Part shown: piece after piece, positions 22,658 through 35,440 of the stretch
How positions within the stretch are numbered: position 1 is the first letter of the stretch
How the letters are laid out: each line of letters begins with the position of its first letter
Assembly: GCA_051530055.1 (NCBI GenBank)
Contig: CM121342.1
Span: forward strand, 778,797-842,796
Direction: 5' to 3'
Source: Neoechinorhynchus agilis
Taxonomy: Eukaryota; Animalia; Acanthocephala
Length of the DNA stretch: 64,000 bases
Position numbers and translations under genes: made by a program
The notes under the pieces: model-generated
Told to the model about the DNA's origin: nothing
The model's input: only the letters and a program-made list of their open reading frames with translations
Databases searched by the model: none

Positions 22658-24130
22658 CTAAACCTCGACCTTTTTTTGTATCTCTTCCATCTCGTCAGCA
22701 TCGAATTCGGTCTTTTCAGCAGCCCATGGCTGGACCTCCGCTGTACCTGTGAGAATGAAAGACAAACCAGACAGGAAATAGCATATCGCGCAAATACTGA
22801 ACACAATTCGCCACTGTTTCACGAGGCCATCTCTGACAATAAGACCCACCATCGTTGGGCACAAGACACCGGGCAGATTTCCGAATGTATTTGAGATACC
22901 CCAAATAATTCCAGCATACCGAGGAGCCATATCGTTCGCGCTGCAGTACATGCCACCACCAGTATTGAATCCCGTAGTTGCCAGGACGAGCGTGAAAAGC
23001 AATGTTCCTGCCCAAGCTGTTTTGTGGGTGACGAAACCCGTCAGGAATATGAATATTCCCGGTAAGAAATTTCCAAGCCCAGTGAACACCTTCCTAGCCA
23101 TCGTTCGGTCCATTTTTCCGGAATTAATAAGTTTGTCGCATAAAACCCCACAAATCAAGGTCATCATCCAATAACAGATGTACGGAATCGCGCCAAGAAA
23201 TCCACTTTTCTTAATGTTTAATTTGAGAACGTCTTTGCTATATGTGCTTATATTCGTCAAAATGGTATAAAATCCAACGGCTTTAAAGAAATGCGAAGCA
23301 AACATTCCCCAGCATGGAATCGATGTGAAAATCGCTCTGTAAGGTACTTTTGGAGCTGCTCGATTGCTGGACGCGAGAGGTTTATTCGCGCAAATGTAAT
23401 CCTTCTCCTTATTAGAAATGAAATGATGATCTTCGGGTCTTGAACGAGCTAAAAGTGCCCACGCAATAGTCCATATGATTCCTATGAGCCCAGATACGTA
23501 GAATACCAACGGCCATCCACCTAGAAATGACTGTTCGCAAAGAACTCCTGATAACGGGAGAGCCACGATTGTTCCAAGTTGTGCTCCGGAGTTACTGATT
23601 GAGATGAGGCGACTTCGTTCTTGTTTTGGAGCCCATTCGCTCAATAAATGCAACAGTGCCGGCCAATTGACACTTGCCAGAAATCCGAGAAGAAATCGAA
23701 CAATGAACATAACGACCGAACTCATTTTTGCGGCCAACGGGGTCAGCAATGTGCATATCGAGCTTCCGGTGACAGAAATAATCAAAACTCTCTGCGGTCC
23801 AAGCTTGTAAGCCAAGACACCTCCAATCGCTTGGGTGAGGAGGTATCCATAAAAGTAAGATGCCAAGATGTAACCTTGTACTTTTCTGTCCCAATTGATG
23901 ACATGACGTTTTGATGAACGCGGTACAATTGTTTGATTGACCACTTCTTTGATCGCCACGGACGAGTTGCTGTTGTTCAACAATGGCCCTTTATCGGTCA
24001 TACTTACGATTGCTTGAGTGAGATTGACCCTTTGAAGATAATTGACTACTAGACATAAACATGCAAGGATGGCTATCATTAGCCGTGTGGAGCAGATCAG
24101 TCGCGGGGCAGAGTTCTGTGTAGCTGGCAT
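22658..24130 (-). CDS. SLC17-family (sialin-like) MFS anion transporter, paralogue 2
   Basis: 490 aa intronless with the same motifs as 13593-15071. A putative 57-nt GTAAAA...CTAAT...TTTCAG intron (24187-24131) ends at the ATG. Confidence 0.93.
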   Translation of the reverse strand: MPATQNSAPRLICSTRLMIAILACLCLVVNYLQRVNLTQAIVSMTDKGPLLNNSNSSVAIKEVVNQTIVPRSSKRHVINWDRKVQGYILASYFYGYLLTQAIGGVLAYKLGPQRVLIISVTGSSICTLLTPLAAKMSSVVMFIVRFLLGFLASVNWPALLHLLSEWAPKQERSRLISISNSGAQLGTIVALPLSGVLCEQSFLGGWPLVFYVSGLIGIIWTIAWALLARSRPEDHHFISNKEKDYICANKPLASSNRAAPKVPYRAIFTSIPCWGMFASHFFKAVGFYTILTNISTYSKDVLKLNIKKSGFLGAIPYICYWMMTLICGVLCDKLINSGKMDRTMARKVFTGLGNFLPGIFIFLTGFVTHKTAWAGTLLFTLVLATTGFNTGGGMYCSANDMAPRYAGIIWGISNTFGNLPGVLCPTMVGLIVRDGLVKQWRIVFSICAICYFLSGLSFILTGTAEVQPWAAEKTEFDADEMEEIQKKVEV

Positions 24131-26082
24131 CTGAAATTAAAACGTTATTAGATCAAACTAACTTGTATTATTAACGAGATTTTTTACTTGTTAATTTTTA
24201 TTGGTGTAAAAGGGAGATCAAAAGCATGATTATCGATAAAAGGGATTTGAGTTTGTTTCTATTAGTTGACACATTGTAAGGAGCTTAGGGTTACGAAACA
24301 ATCACAATCACTTCGGGAAGGTAACATAAAGAAAATCGCGGAGATCGTTTTAAGGCAGCCCGCCGCAAATGCGGACCACTCATTTTGCGGCAATAACTTA
24401 ATATGGAAAACTTAAAAAAGTCAAGTTTCATCCATTTTCCTTATATTATTGAAAGATTACAAAATACACCAAGAAATGCCTAGCGGACGTCGTAAATTAA
24501 GATCCTTTTGGGTTTCGTCGGTCAACTTGAAATTTTAACCTCGGATCAGTAGTTAGTATCATTCAAAAATATACATTAAAAGAGCAGAAATCTCAAGTCC
24601 TTGATGGCTATTACTCAAAAGAGTTACAATTATGATGTCTGAAGATGAAAGCGACAAGTTGCGAAATATTGGCAATAAAGAATTATCCATTGTGTAAATG
24701 TGAAAGTGGCAACCGCGACATTTTAAGGACTACCGGAGCTCATAATTTGAAAAGTATGCGAAACCTAATAACACAATGACATTATTCGATTAATGCTTTA
24801 TCAGTTCTTTATTTTAGAATTTAGGATACTAGAGAAAGTGCTGTTGTATTCCACAGAGGCAAAGAACGGGGTTAACATTATTGAGAAGTTTTTAAAGAAT
24901 AAAGCGAGCGTCTAACTTTGGAGCAGACATCATGGATGTTTCAAGTGTTTGAAAAGACATGGAACTTCGACGCCCTGTGTTTTGTAAAAGAAAGATCATG
25001 AAGTTTGGGAGGAAGGAGCGACACGAGCGTAGGAAAGGGCACGCAAAGAGGTATAGAGAATCCGCTCGTTCGATGCAGCAAAGAAGCTTAGATGATTCGA
25101 GAGAGAAGCCATTTTGATGCGAAATAAATACTTAGCCTATATTGACGCTATTGAATCCAAAGTTGTTTGAGATAGTTTGTTATCGGCGATTTTTGGCTAT
25201 TGAGATCCTAATAAGCCGCGAATTTGTTACCGTAAATGAATATCTACTTAATACCCGGAAAACGTTGATTCAAATAGCTTCATCGTTGAAAACATTAACG
25301 CAGGTTTAAAAAAGAACTGAAGCTCTAGTACGAAGAGATTTCAGATTCCACTAGATTCCAAAAGTGTCGACTCCCTCATTGTTCAACGTTAAAATGAAAA
25401 AACTAATCATGGTGTAGATTTTGCATCCTTCAGTTATATTAAAAACAATCACGCTGGAATCAATCTATTCCGAAAAGAAATTTATCTGTTCAGCGCGCGT
25501 AGAGTAGCATAGGAAATCGATAAAACAGTTTACGCGTTTAAAAATCCGTGAACCGCGCAAGGAAACGGAATAAAATCGATAGGATTGTTTTCAGATAGTG
25601 GCAACGATTTAAATTGTCGAATTAGTCATGGTGACCGCTTGAAAGGTCACGTTAAGAAAATGATACGTAGAGCCGATCAAATCTCTTTTATAAAGGCTCC
25701 AGCCGAATTAGCCGCCAAACATGAGTTTGCCACAAATGATGTAAAATGGTTAAAAATACAACAAATGATTTGAAGGATTTAGAAGAGTACTTTTGTGAGA
25801 CAAACCGCCATAAAAGATTATTTTCATGCTAGCTTTCCGTTTGATTTAGTTTTCTGTCTGACGAGAAAGCAGAACGTAGGGACTGCCGAAGATGCATTGC
25901 ATAATCGTGAAGAGAGTTATAGATGAATGTTCAGCTGTCATATGGATGACACGCTGTAGGAATCGATGTTTGAGTTTCTTAAACTGCTTCGTACGTTCAA
26001 GAAAAAAGTGTTTCCCGACTCTATTTGGTATTTTTTCGTCGAAATTAACTATACCAAATCAATAGTCTAAAAGTATACTGTT

Positions 26083-26125
26083 GGTGAAAATAATCCCGGT
26101 CATAGCATATTTAATTTTATTTTTT
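26083..26125 (-). repeat. Isolated tail of the family-A PLE terminal repeat
   Basis: ggtgaaaataatcccggtcatagcatattt matches 36002-36031 ggtgagaataatcccggtcattacatattt. Confidence 0.55.
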
Positions 26126-26157
26126 TGAAGTCTGGCCAGCCGGTAGCTTTTATTCAG

Positions 26158-26248
26158 TATCTTTGTGTGTGGCCTCACGGCTCATAATTTTCCTTGTTGA
26201 CTGTGCACCCAATGAAAATTATCAGTCGTGAGGCCACACACAAAGATA
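26158..26248. repeat. 35-bp-stem hairpin (21-nt loop)
   Basis: Arms 26158-26192 and 26214-26248 are complementary except at 2 positions. The left arm and flank also resemble 44255-44320. Confidence 0.85.
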
Positions 26249-26838
26249 TTTCCACGGTTGATTAACCCTAAGGATTTTCTTTATCGATGATTAATTCTCT
26301 AAAAATATGAGTTAAGACAAAAACCATAATTTGATCTTGATCGCTTCCATCTTAGCTGGAAAAGTAGCTTTTTTTCATTTGCAAACTCAACCATCACAAT
26401 TTTTGCGCTCTTAGTTGTCGTCTATATGGTGGAACTGTCAGAAATATGGTGTGTGCGTGTGACAAAATGCTACGTTCCATTTGTGAAGGAGCTGTTCTTG
26501 TTTTTTTACGCCTGGGAGGTACGATGCTCAACAACCAGAGTTTGTCGATATTATGTTCTTTATAGTTACGGTGCTTTTCCGACTCATTGGTTCTTATATA
26601 AAAATTGATTGAGTTTCTTGCATCCAGATAATTGTCCACATCAATGCTCAACAAAATAAAGGCGTATACTCAATGCTCTACCGGCAGATTTAGTCGTCCA
26701 TGTCGGAAAAATGTATTATTTTCCACAGTGTGCTAAGGTTGCAAGAAATGGAACGCAAATCCTTCATAAACTCGTCGAACTTAATTGTGATCAGAATACT
26801 ATCATCCCGTACGCTCATTTCTTCAAAAAAATTAATAA

Positions 26839-26929
26839 TTGATTAAATTTGTTGTTTTGGCCTTTGCCCCGTAGAGAATACTAAAGTCGCTCGCTAACAG
26901 GCAAAGGCAAAACCAGCAAATTTGATCAA
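26839..26929. repeat. Imperfect 30-bp inverted repeat
   Basis: Arms 26839-26868 and 26900-26929, about 4 mismatches. Confidence 0.6.
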
Positions 26930-28124
26930 CTCTTCATCGTATACAGTCACCACAACTATCTCACTTTGTTGCTCGGCTGATCTTTCGGGAGCACTCTGAA
27001 ATGCAAACATCGAATCGAGATTTCCATGTCACCCAGGACGCAGGTGGATCTCTTGAGGATCAAGTGGAGATAACTCTTGTTAATGCAGATACCGGCGCTG
27101 TTCAGCTGAGCTAGACGGATGCACGATCTCCAGCCGCTGAGTTGCTACTGTCCCATTCGTCCACGGGTTTATTTTCCCGTAAAACCTTACTAAAAGTACC
27201 GTAAGGTTCATATTTTCGTCTTCAAGTTCTTGTTCCAAAAGAGGACTTCATTACCAGACTCAAGAAAAACAACACTTTCAGGCATTCCTGATAAAAAAAG
27301 GCCATGCAAACTAAGATCAATTTACTGCTATCATTTTTCAAAGTAGTGTATAAAAGCCTTTTCTGCGAACTTCTCAATGAACACGACGTCATGTTTGATG
27401 GCTTATAACTGGAAACCACATTCCTTATGTTCATTCTCCTTCAGAGCTATCTAGCGATGACTTTCTTGAAATTAAAAAGCAGAACGGATTCACTCTAATT
27501 AAATACATTTCTAAAGGACATTGGTCGTCATATTCCCTGTTGGTTAAAGTTCTCATCGGTATATATGCCTTAATACTTGGTCTATTGGGATTCGCTCTTT
27601 TTGGTGCTTTAGGGATTTCTTACTTCCTCAACGGGCGAAATGTCTGTTCCTGGACAACATTGACAAGCATTGCTAAAAAACAGTACAGTTTATGCATCGA
27701 ACATTATTCAGTAGTTCAAATAAAAGATCATTAGAGAATCTCATTTCCGTGCAATATTTTGTGTGACTCTACTCCGTTACCAAAAGGGTAAACTTAAATT
27801 GTTAGATATTAAACTATGCCGAGTTCATATGATCTTGATAAAGTGTTGAGTTACACTTTTGAAAATGGAACTTATCCAAGCATTGCTGACATAGTTTAAG
27901 AATAGTTTCAAAATGCCAGAGAATGCAAGATCATTTTATACAGTTTGAGAAGATAATTAGAATTTGTCGTGTATTTTTTAGGAAATGAGAAACGTGGTGA
28001 TGCAGCTTAAAATTCTTTATACTTTGATTTTTACTCTGTTTTTAAATCTTAACACACTGAACAAAAAATTAAAATGCGAAACCAAAAAATTAATTTGGAC
28101 GATAACACTTGCACTCAGATTCAA

Positions 28125-28300
28125 ACCTGATCGATAATTGATAAATTCACTGGCATTTCCATCGATTCCAACTGCGACTGGTCCAAATTGAAGCGCCTCC
28201 ATTATCTTCCTTTCTTGATTGCAGCTCATAAAGCGTATAAAAAATTTCCCTCAGCTGCTCAACAATATTTCATTTTTGTATGGTGCGCCAGATGAACTTC
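28125..28300 (-). pseudogene. Papain-family (C1A) cysteine protease fragment
   Basis: E.KIMEALQFGPVAVGIDG.ASEF.NYRSG is a typical C1A segment. No intact catalytic Cys or His/Asn exon was found nearby. Confidence 0.5.
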
Positions 28301-28554
28301 TCTCCATAGGACGCGTACGCTCGCCACTCATTATTCTAACATACAACGAGGGCACTCACCGAAAACAAAGATTCAAACTGCCAGAGAACATAGCACGCAC
28401 TAATCGCCGAGTGATCCATAAAGGATAAGCTTTTACCATCTTTTTAATATATTCTGTCGAGATCGCTGTCCAAAATCGCTTAATTTCCAGGCTGGAATCT
28501 GTCATGAACGGCCGAATTCTGTCCCTTTTATTCAAGCGCGATTTAATTCACAGC

Positions 28555-28640
28555 TGATTTTCCCCCTCTCACCGAATGCCTCAATAAAATTTTCATCAAA
28601 CAATCAAAACGCCTCTAAGCCCTACCACCACAATTTTTTA
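28555..28640 (+). mobile_element. Short CR1/L2-like 3' fragment
   Basis: ccctctcaccgaatgc...aaacaatcaaaac...ccctaccaccacaattt matches 47505-47580. Confidence 0.65.
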
Positions 28641-30499
28641 TGAGATTTTATTCACTTTTTTCGCGACCACACTCGCTGCGTTTCCTCTTTGGATCGCGAG
28701 ATATTTCAAGGGCCTTTCTATTGCACTCAATGTATAACTGTCATAGAATTGTAGTGTAAATTAATCGAAGGGTGAAGAGAGTGGTCAGCTACTTTCAAGC
28801 GCTCTCCCCTTCCTGTAGCTTAGCTTCACTGCCTTCATCGAACCAACGAAAATACGTTCGATCGTCAGTTGACTGTTCTAAAAAATATCTTTGTAGAAGT
28901 TTTTATCTAGATGAATTACCAAGTTGGCCATCAGTTCAATAAGCTTAGAAATTAGAGCTGTTCCCGCAAAGGTGCAATATATCACTCCGTCTTGAGTTTG
29001 ATATTTGTTACTCTACTTTTTTTTAAGATTCTTGGTATCCTTAAAGTAATATAAATGATTGCTTAGCGCTTTTAAATTTTGGTACTTATTAGTTCCGGAA
29101 ATGAGGGAAGAGACTTGGTGTTCAATTTTTATTATTTAAAGAATATGTTATTTTATATCCCGCTAGCCATTTACATTTTATTAATTGTTGAAGTGATCAT
29201 CCTCATGAGGGATTCGCATGAAATCACTTGATAACCTGAACCATACGGTTGTCAGCTTTTATTTCCGTCCGGATCCTCAGATACCTCCAGGGAGGAGACT
29301 CACCTGTAAGTTTCCACCCTTTAACGGTATTTCGTTCCTTTTGGTTATGAGTCATCGGCGATAATGAGTTCCGAACTCTTTTAACCATTAAACAGAGATT
29401 CTGGGCCCAAGTCTACTAAACCACTTCGACACAACTACATAATGTACAAACTCTGCCAGTTTTAGGTTGGGGCTTTCTCCTTACGCTCATGTGTTCATTT
29501 GTTGCATTTATTGATGTCAATAAAAAACTCGTGACTCTTTCACTGGTTTTTTCGAAGTCATTAGATTGATTAGGCGTATTTATCAATGTGGATTCTTGTT
29601 TGCGTGCACCACTGAGTGTATAAAGTTCGATCGTCTAGGTGTTATCGAGAGTACAAACTCCCATTCCCCTTGAACTACAATGAATTTCGCTGCTCTTTTA
29701 CTGATCACTACTGCCTTGCGCACCGATATTGAAATCGAGGGTGCTGAGAGTTCTGGAATCAGAGATCACATTCCTAATACCGTCCATGAAATTATAAACG
29801 CATTAAAGACCTTCTCCCAGCAAATTAGTAAGTTTAAAATACACAAATAGTTATGTTTGATTTTTGCTTTATAGTCGATCGCGGTTTCCAACGAGTGAAG
29901 TTGGGGATCTATAGTTTATGGATTAGAACACAAGAAAATAAATACCAGAGAAATATGCGCTTGATCGAAGATGCGGACAGTGAGATCACCACCACCACGG
30001 AGATTATTTCGGATGATATAGAGTGCCAGAATTACATTACTTTCATCCTCTTATGGCTTCAAAGTTGCGTTTTACTTTACCTTTTGATAATCGTAATTTT
30101 GGTTCTGCATTTTAAAAGGTCATATTATCCTTTCAAATCTGTAAGTTTTCATTAAAACTTTTTCCTTAGACTTGGACGGCGACCAATCGATGTTGAGGCA
30201 GAAGACGGTAAGGATATTAAAGAAAATCCGAAACTCGAAGATTCAGTGGACGATGAAAATCAAACTGTTCGTGCATCGAATATTTACTGTGAATTGAACC
30301 AAGACAGTGGAAAATCGCAAACTGAGATATTAGAAGATAAGAATTGGGGTAGTTGTTCAATTCAAATCTTACAATAGCGGTAGAATCATGGTTTTTAGAA
30401 TTAAATATTGCATTAAAATCGTTGGTGTGCTGAGTGGAAAGTTTAATTTTATGCGCAGTTACGCTTCAATAAAGTTTTGGTCTTCACATAAACATACCC

Positions 30500-31130
30500 G
30501 CAAAAACCAAATTAAAATATCACCGGGAATTGTCGTCGGGGTGAATTTGATACTAATAGCGCATAATTCATTTGGTCAATCCTTCTTCATTAGTAGCTCC
30601 GTATCCACTCTTATCTCTTTATTGTTCAGATTGTTAGCCACTACATAGCCTGGACCTTTGTTCAATAACGTTATCTCTTCTGGTCTGAAAATGACTCGAG
30701 TAGTTGACGAAATATTCTCTCCTCTCAGTCTGTTTGGGTCTCAACCGTTCTAATTTCTTTTGGTCTTGCTTTGATTTTATAAGTCTCTATCCTAATGCGT
30801 GTGTTAACGTAATCATTTAGTCACATGATGTCCTTTGAATTAAGGGTATTGATGAGATGTTCCCATATTTTTAGCGATGATTGTTTTAGATTACCTATAT
30901 AAAATCCCATGCATGGAAACGATGCAAGGATTGTCCAAAAGAATAGCACAACACAAACAGGCGTGCAGGAGGTTTGATGGTTCCTCAGCGATCTCCAATC
31001 ATCAGGAGAAGGAGTTGATTGAGGTGCTCCAAAACCATCTCTGTGTCGCGAATATTCACAATATAGGGATTCACTGAATCTCAATCCATGAAGTTGTCTT
31101 TTCATCGATAAGGCTGCCTCGGTTGACAAA
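30500..31130. mobile_element. Scrambled Penelope-like remnants
   Basis: Minus strand EEITLLNKGP (PLE N-terminal motif, ~30650-30700). Plus strand LYKIPC...KRIAQHKQACRRFD.SSAISNH (GIY-YIG). Confidence 0.65.
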
Positions 31131-31774
31131 TCAAGTCTTTCTTTTTATAAAAGAGGATTTAATATCAAATTTCAAGGAATTCCCTTCCTGTAAAATTCTT
31201 GTCAGTGACATATTGCGATTTTCACCAATTGTTCGAAAATATAAGCATAATTTTTCAGCAGCAAAAGTATTGCCTTTTGTCTTACAACGTTTATATCATG
31301 GAATTTGGTTATCCAAACTCAACAAATTCCATATCATTAAACTAAAACCTCGAATGTATGCTAAATTCGCCCAATTTTCTCATTTCACCTTAGATAATTC
31401 AGTCTTTTTTGATTTGTTTACAACTTCGAATTAAAAACAAACACTGTAAAGTTTGACTGAGTTGCTAAGGAAGTGTAATAAAATTTTGCACCCTGTCCAC
31501 TGTTGTGTCAGACTACACTCAAAAAAATGCCATTTTTCTTTGTTCGTACAATTGTTAAAACACTTTTAATAGAATTGAAAAGTCGGCTATTAAATGCATA
31601 AAAGTATCTCTTGTGATATAACAGTAACAGCTTTTTGCAGTCTATTTTCCAATTCTGCAATGTTTTGCCGGCGAACCCACACAAGTGTCCTTTATCGTTC
31701 AACTCTCGTGAATTGTGGCTACTTGATAGTTTGTTTAAACTTTTTGTTTCTTGAATGATATTCTTATTTTAAAG

Positions 31775-32405
31775 GTATCCGCAACGGCTATATTATCGAT
31801 TTCCATATGGGTATTTATGAAACCGTCATCGTATTCACTGAGGGCAATCAGCGCTATTACTGCTGTTCTAAGCCTTTTTCCTTTAATGGCTTCGCTTGCT
31901 GGACTAGCCGCTCTTGTGGCTATTTACCGGCTAAAAGCGGACGATTTATGCCAAATGCTCATTAGAATTGTATATACCAAAGTACCTTTTTCTATGAAGC
32001 CCAAGGTGTTCGGTGCGTCAATGAATTTGTATTGATTAAAAAATTTCGATACATTTTATCGCTTTTTTCCATTTATTGGGATTACGTGTCTCCTAAAATT
32101 ATGGATTAAGCTAATGTGACTGCTCGTTCCAAATTGAACATACGAGTTGGCTGTACTTTGATTCCTATTTTTAATGCAAACGGATTATTCCAATTCGACC
32201 ATTTCAATTCCGATGGTTATAAGCGATCTGCTTCTCATGTGCACAAAAGCTACGATGATGACCCGAGCAGCTAAAAGCGCTACTTTTTTTATGATAAACG
32301 ACTGAATAACGTTTTTTTAGTATGTGGGAATTATTATTTTGGCGGAAATATTCGGTCTGGCGTGTGGGATATCTTCATTGAGCATGAGATGTGAGTCAAT
32401 ATAGT
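31775..32405 (+). CDS. Possible multi-exon multi-TM (tetraspanin-like) gene, exon structure unresolved
   Basis: Hydrophobic runs VSATAILSISIWVF, ITAVLSLFPLMASLAGLAALV and, after a ttttttag acceptor, YVGIIILAEIFGLACGI. Confidence 0.3.
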
Positions 32406-32981
32406 CTGAAAGCAAAATCATCTACCATACCTTCGAATATTTAGCAGCAAGCGCTGATTTTACGTCCAATGAAACAATCGGCAGCTATTCTGTAAAACAA
32501 TTAAACGACATTTGCCAACTCAAGGTAAAATCATCTTCACATGGTATCGTCTGTCTTGTTCTGAGCTTCTCTTACGTATGTTGCTATTTTGTAAGGGAAG
32601 ATTTCAATTCTTCGATTTTCTGACCAGAATGCTGGTATATTTCTTGGATTCTTGCTTGCAAAGGAATTTGATATGCGGGCAATGAAGACGAACTTCCACG
32701 AGATGAAAGGGCAACCAGAAAGCATTAAAGGCTCTGTTCGAATGGATACTAAATTCTAAAAATCTGTCTGCAAAAAAAGAACTCTACTTTGATAATGTTG
32801 AGATATGAGTTCAAACGTTCTTTGATTCATAGCAAAATATTGAATTTTCTGAAGCTGCAGATTGTAAAACGATATTGTGAATACCAAATTGGACGATTCG
32901 CTAAATAAAATTAATAAAGATATAATAATGTCTATGTCAGTTTTAATACCTCATGAATCCCACGGATATATAGATATATTG

Positions 32982-34534
32982 GACTTGTGGTGAACATAAT
33001 CCCGGGCGTAACCTAATCTATTTAAGTGAAATATTTCGCGAGGTAACCTCGCCTCATATTTAAAAAGTTGTTACATTTTATGTATTCTATTGCTCTGATT
33101 CGCGGGATCGCTATACCCCAAGTTCGGAGGCCATTTAGCCGCTCGCACCCTCAGCGCTTGCGTTTTCCATTGATTTTTTACGTCGCTGGATAGTAATTTT
33201 AAGCTAAAATTAGCTTTGTTTATTTCCATTGTGTTGGACACAGCCCGAAGATTCACAAGCCCATCCTTCAATACCATCCCATTAAAACCAGTTATATGTG
33301 TTTTAATCATCGCCTAATCCAAAAGGATCAGTGTTTTATTAACATTAATTTTAACAACTTCCGCTTTGCGAATGAGACCAAGGAAGTTAACGTTAAACTC
33401 TACAGAATGTTTACGGCCGATGTGAACGTTCTGTTAACCAATGTCCCTTTGACCAAAACGATTGAATTATTTGCTATCTTACTAAGCATTGCAGCGAACA
33501 ACGTTTGGACCTCGGTACCCGGGTTTTCCCTAATCCAGTGGTGCACGAGTATAACTTTCTTTGAATTTGAGGGTTATTTCTAAGATTTGTAGCCATGGGC
33601 TCGCCGCTTGCTCCGACCTTGGACGGCATCTACATGCACGATTATGAGTCCATTTTCTTGGAACTTCATAGTCGTGTAAAATAACACATACAGCGCACAG
33701 TCAATCGAGAGAGAATGACAATGGTGAGATTTCGTTTCTGGACTTTCTGCTTAATCTTCCAATGCAAGGAAAATTAACCACTGCTTTAATTCGTAAGCCA
33801 AACGTGCCATGGGGACCACCAAAGTGGTCTAATTATCCATCGGTGAGACATAATATCTGTACGGTCACTTCGTATTTCAGAAGAGACTCCCTGACCTCGT
33901 CCACTCGAGTTACGTGGAGTAAGGAAAGGGACAAAATAGTCAAGTTGAAAATGACGGGATATCTCATTGGATAATAGGTCGTTGAATAAAAAGCTGTAAC
34001 CACCGACCACAAAACAAAACAAATCGTCTGGAGAATCTGTATGCTTCATAAGAATGCATTTCATCAATTATGAGAATAATCATATGATTTACTCCATTAT
34101 GAGTAAGAAGACTGGAATTCGACTCTATAATAATAAAGGAATCGTCCTTAGAAACACATGCAAGAGGAAAGGTAATACTGAGCCGACTCATGGGATCTAC
34201 AGAATGCACTGTGAACAGTGTGATAGAGTGAATTTCGAGCGAACGATGCAAGACATTAAGAAGAGAATCGCCCAACATTGGCAAGCTTACAGTCAATTAG
34301 AGCATTTCTCGGCCATTTCGAATCATCAAGAGACTTTTCAACACCGTGCTGATTTTGGTGGCACTTTTCTTTGACTTGTGGTGAACATAATTACCCGGTT
34401 AAAAATCATTTTATTTTTCTGAAATATTTCGCGAGGAAACCTCGCCTTATCAATCACTGCTTGTAGGTTTCCTCGCGAAACGTTTCAGAACAATAAAATG
34501 ATTTTTAACCGCGGTTATCTTCACCACAAGTCAA
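32982..34534 (+). mobile_element. Penelope-like remnant bracketed by family-A terminal repeats with decayed HHRs
   Basis: RT motifs FTADVNVLLTNVP and AMGSPLAPTL; GIY-YIG GIYRMHCEQC...KRIAQH. Inverted repeat copy at 32982-33056; inverted pair 34371-34442 / 34465-34534. Confidence 0.8.
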
Positions 34535-34989
34535 AATTTCGCCTTTGTTGACCACAGAGGAATATTCCTCTTTGTCAATATGCTTTGCTCTATCACAACT
34601 CAAACAGAATTATATAATTGGTTTTTCAGGTGGCTTACAATCTTCTACTTTAAAGAAATGGAATCTTAAACTGCTCATGCAAGAAAAGAGTAATGCTTAC
34701 ACATATCAGATTTCATCAATTCTCAATCCTTTTTACAGTCAATTTCCTATATTAGGAATGCACTTAACCATTGCCAACTTTTACGTTGTTCCTAGAAAAA
34801 TATCTATATTTATAAGATTAGATGTACACAGGATCCTGATTTGGAATCCAGACTTAGTTGGCGGAGAATTCAACTCAAATTTTTTATCAGCATTTTACAA
34901 GCTATTCAAATATCATAATCCTTTATTACCGAAATTTTGCTGCTGTTCATCATTACCGATAAAATTTACATTAATTCTTCGATGGTATA

Positions 34990-35440
34990 TTTATTAAGAA
35001 ATCGATTTAATTAACTTTATCCCCAGGCAATTTCTATTTCAGTTAGACCTTAATAAGGCTTTTGACTGTGTTAATCGAGACGCCATATATGAATCTTTAA
35101 ACTTTTTTAAAATCCCAATTAATTTAATCTATAAATTCAATAACTTAATTGAAACTAAATCATTTTATTACGAAGTTGACCATGATCGTACTTGCTTCTA
35201 TTCTAAGTATAGTGCCCCACAGGGTTCACCATTATCACCTACTCTCTTTTTATGCGTAATGATTTACATATTTAAAGTCAAATTACCCAAATCAATGAAT
35301 ATTTTAACTCTTGTATATGTGGACGATATATTTTTACTCTGCAAACAAAATCGTAGCCTTTTAATCTCTCATGTCTCATCAAATCTATCTAAACTGCAAT
35401 TTCATTTTAAAAAAATCAATCTGTCTAACTTTTAATCCGG
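34990..35440 (+). mobile_element. LINE RT remnant related to the 19-21 kb element
   Basis: An open frame without a start codon reads QLDLNKAFDCVNR...APQGSPLSPTLF...YVDDI. Confidence 0.8.

Noticed and set aside
24636-24674. CTGAAGA...GCGA-CAAG-TTGC-GAAATATT hammerhead-like string
   Set aside because: Five extra bases before stem II, poor stem I and no adjacent PLE or known-family similarity. Possibly decayed, but unsupported.
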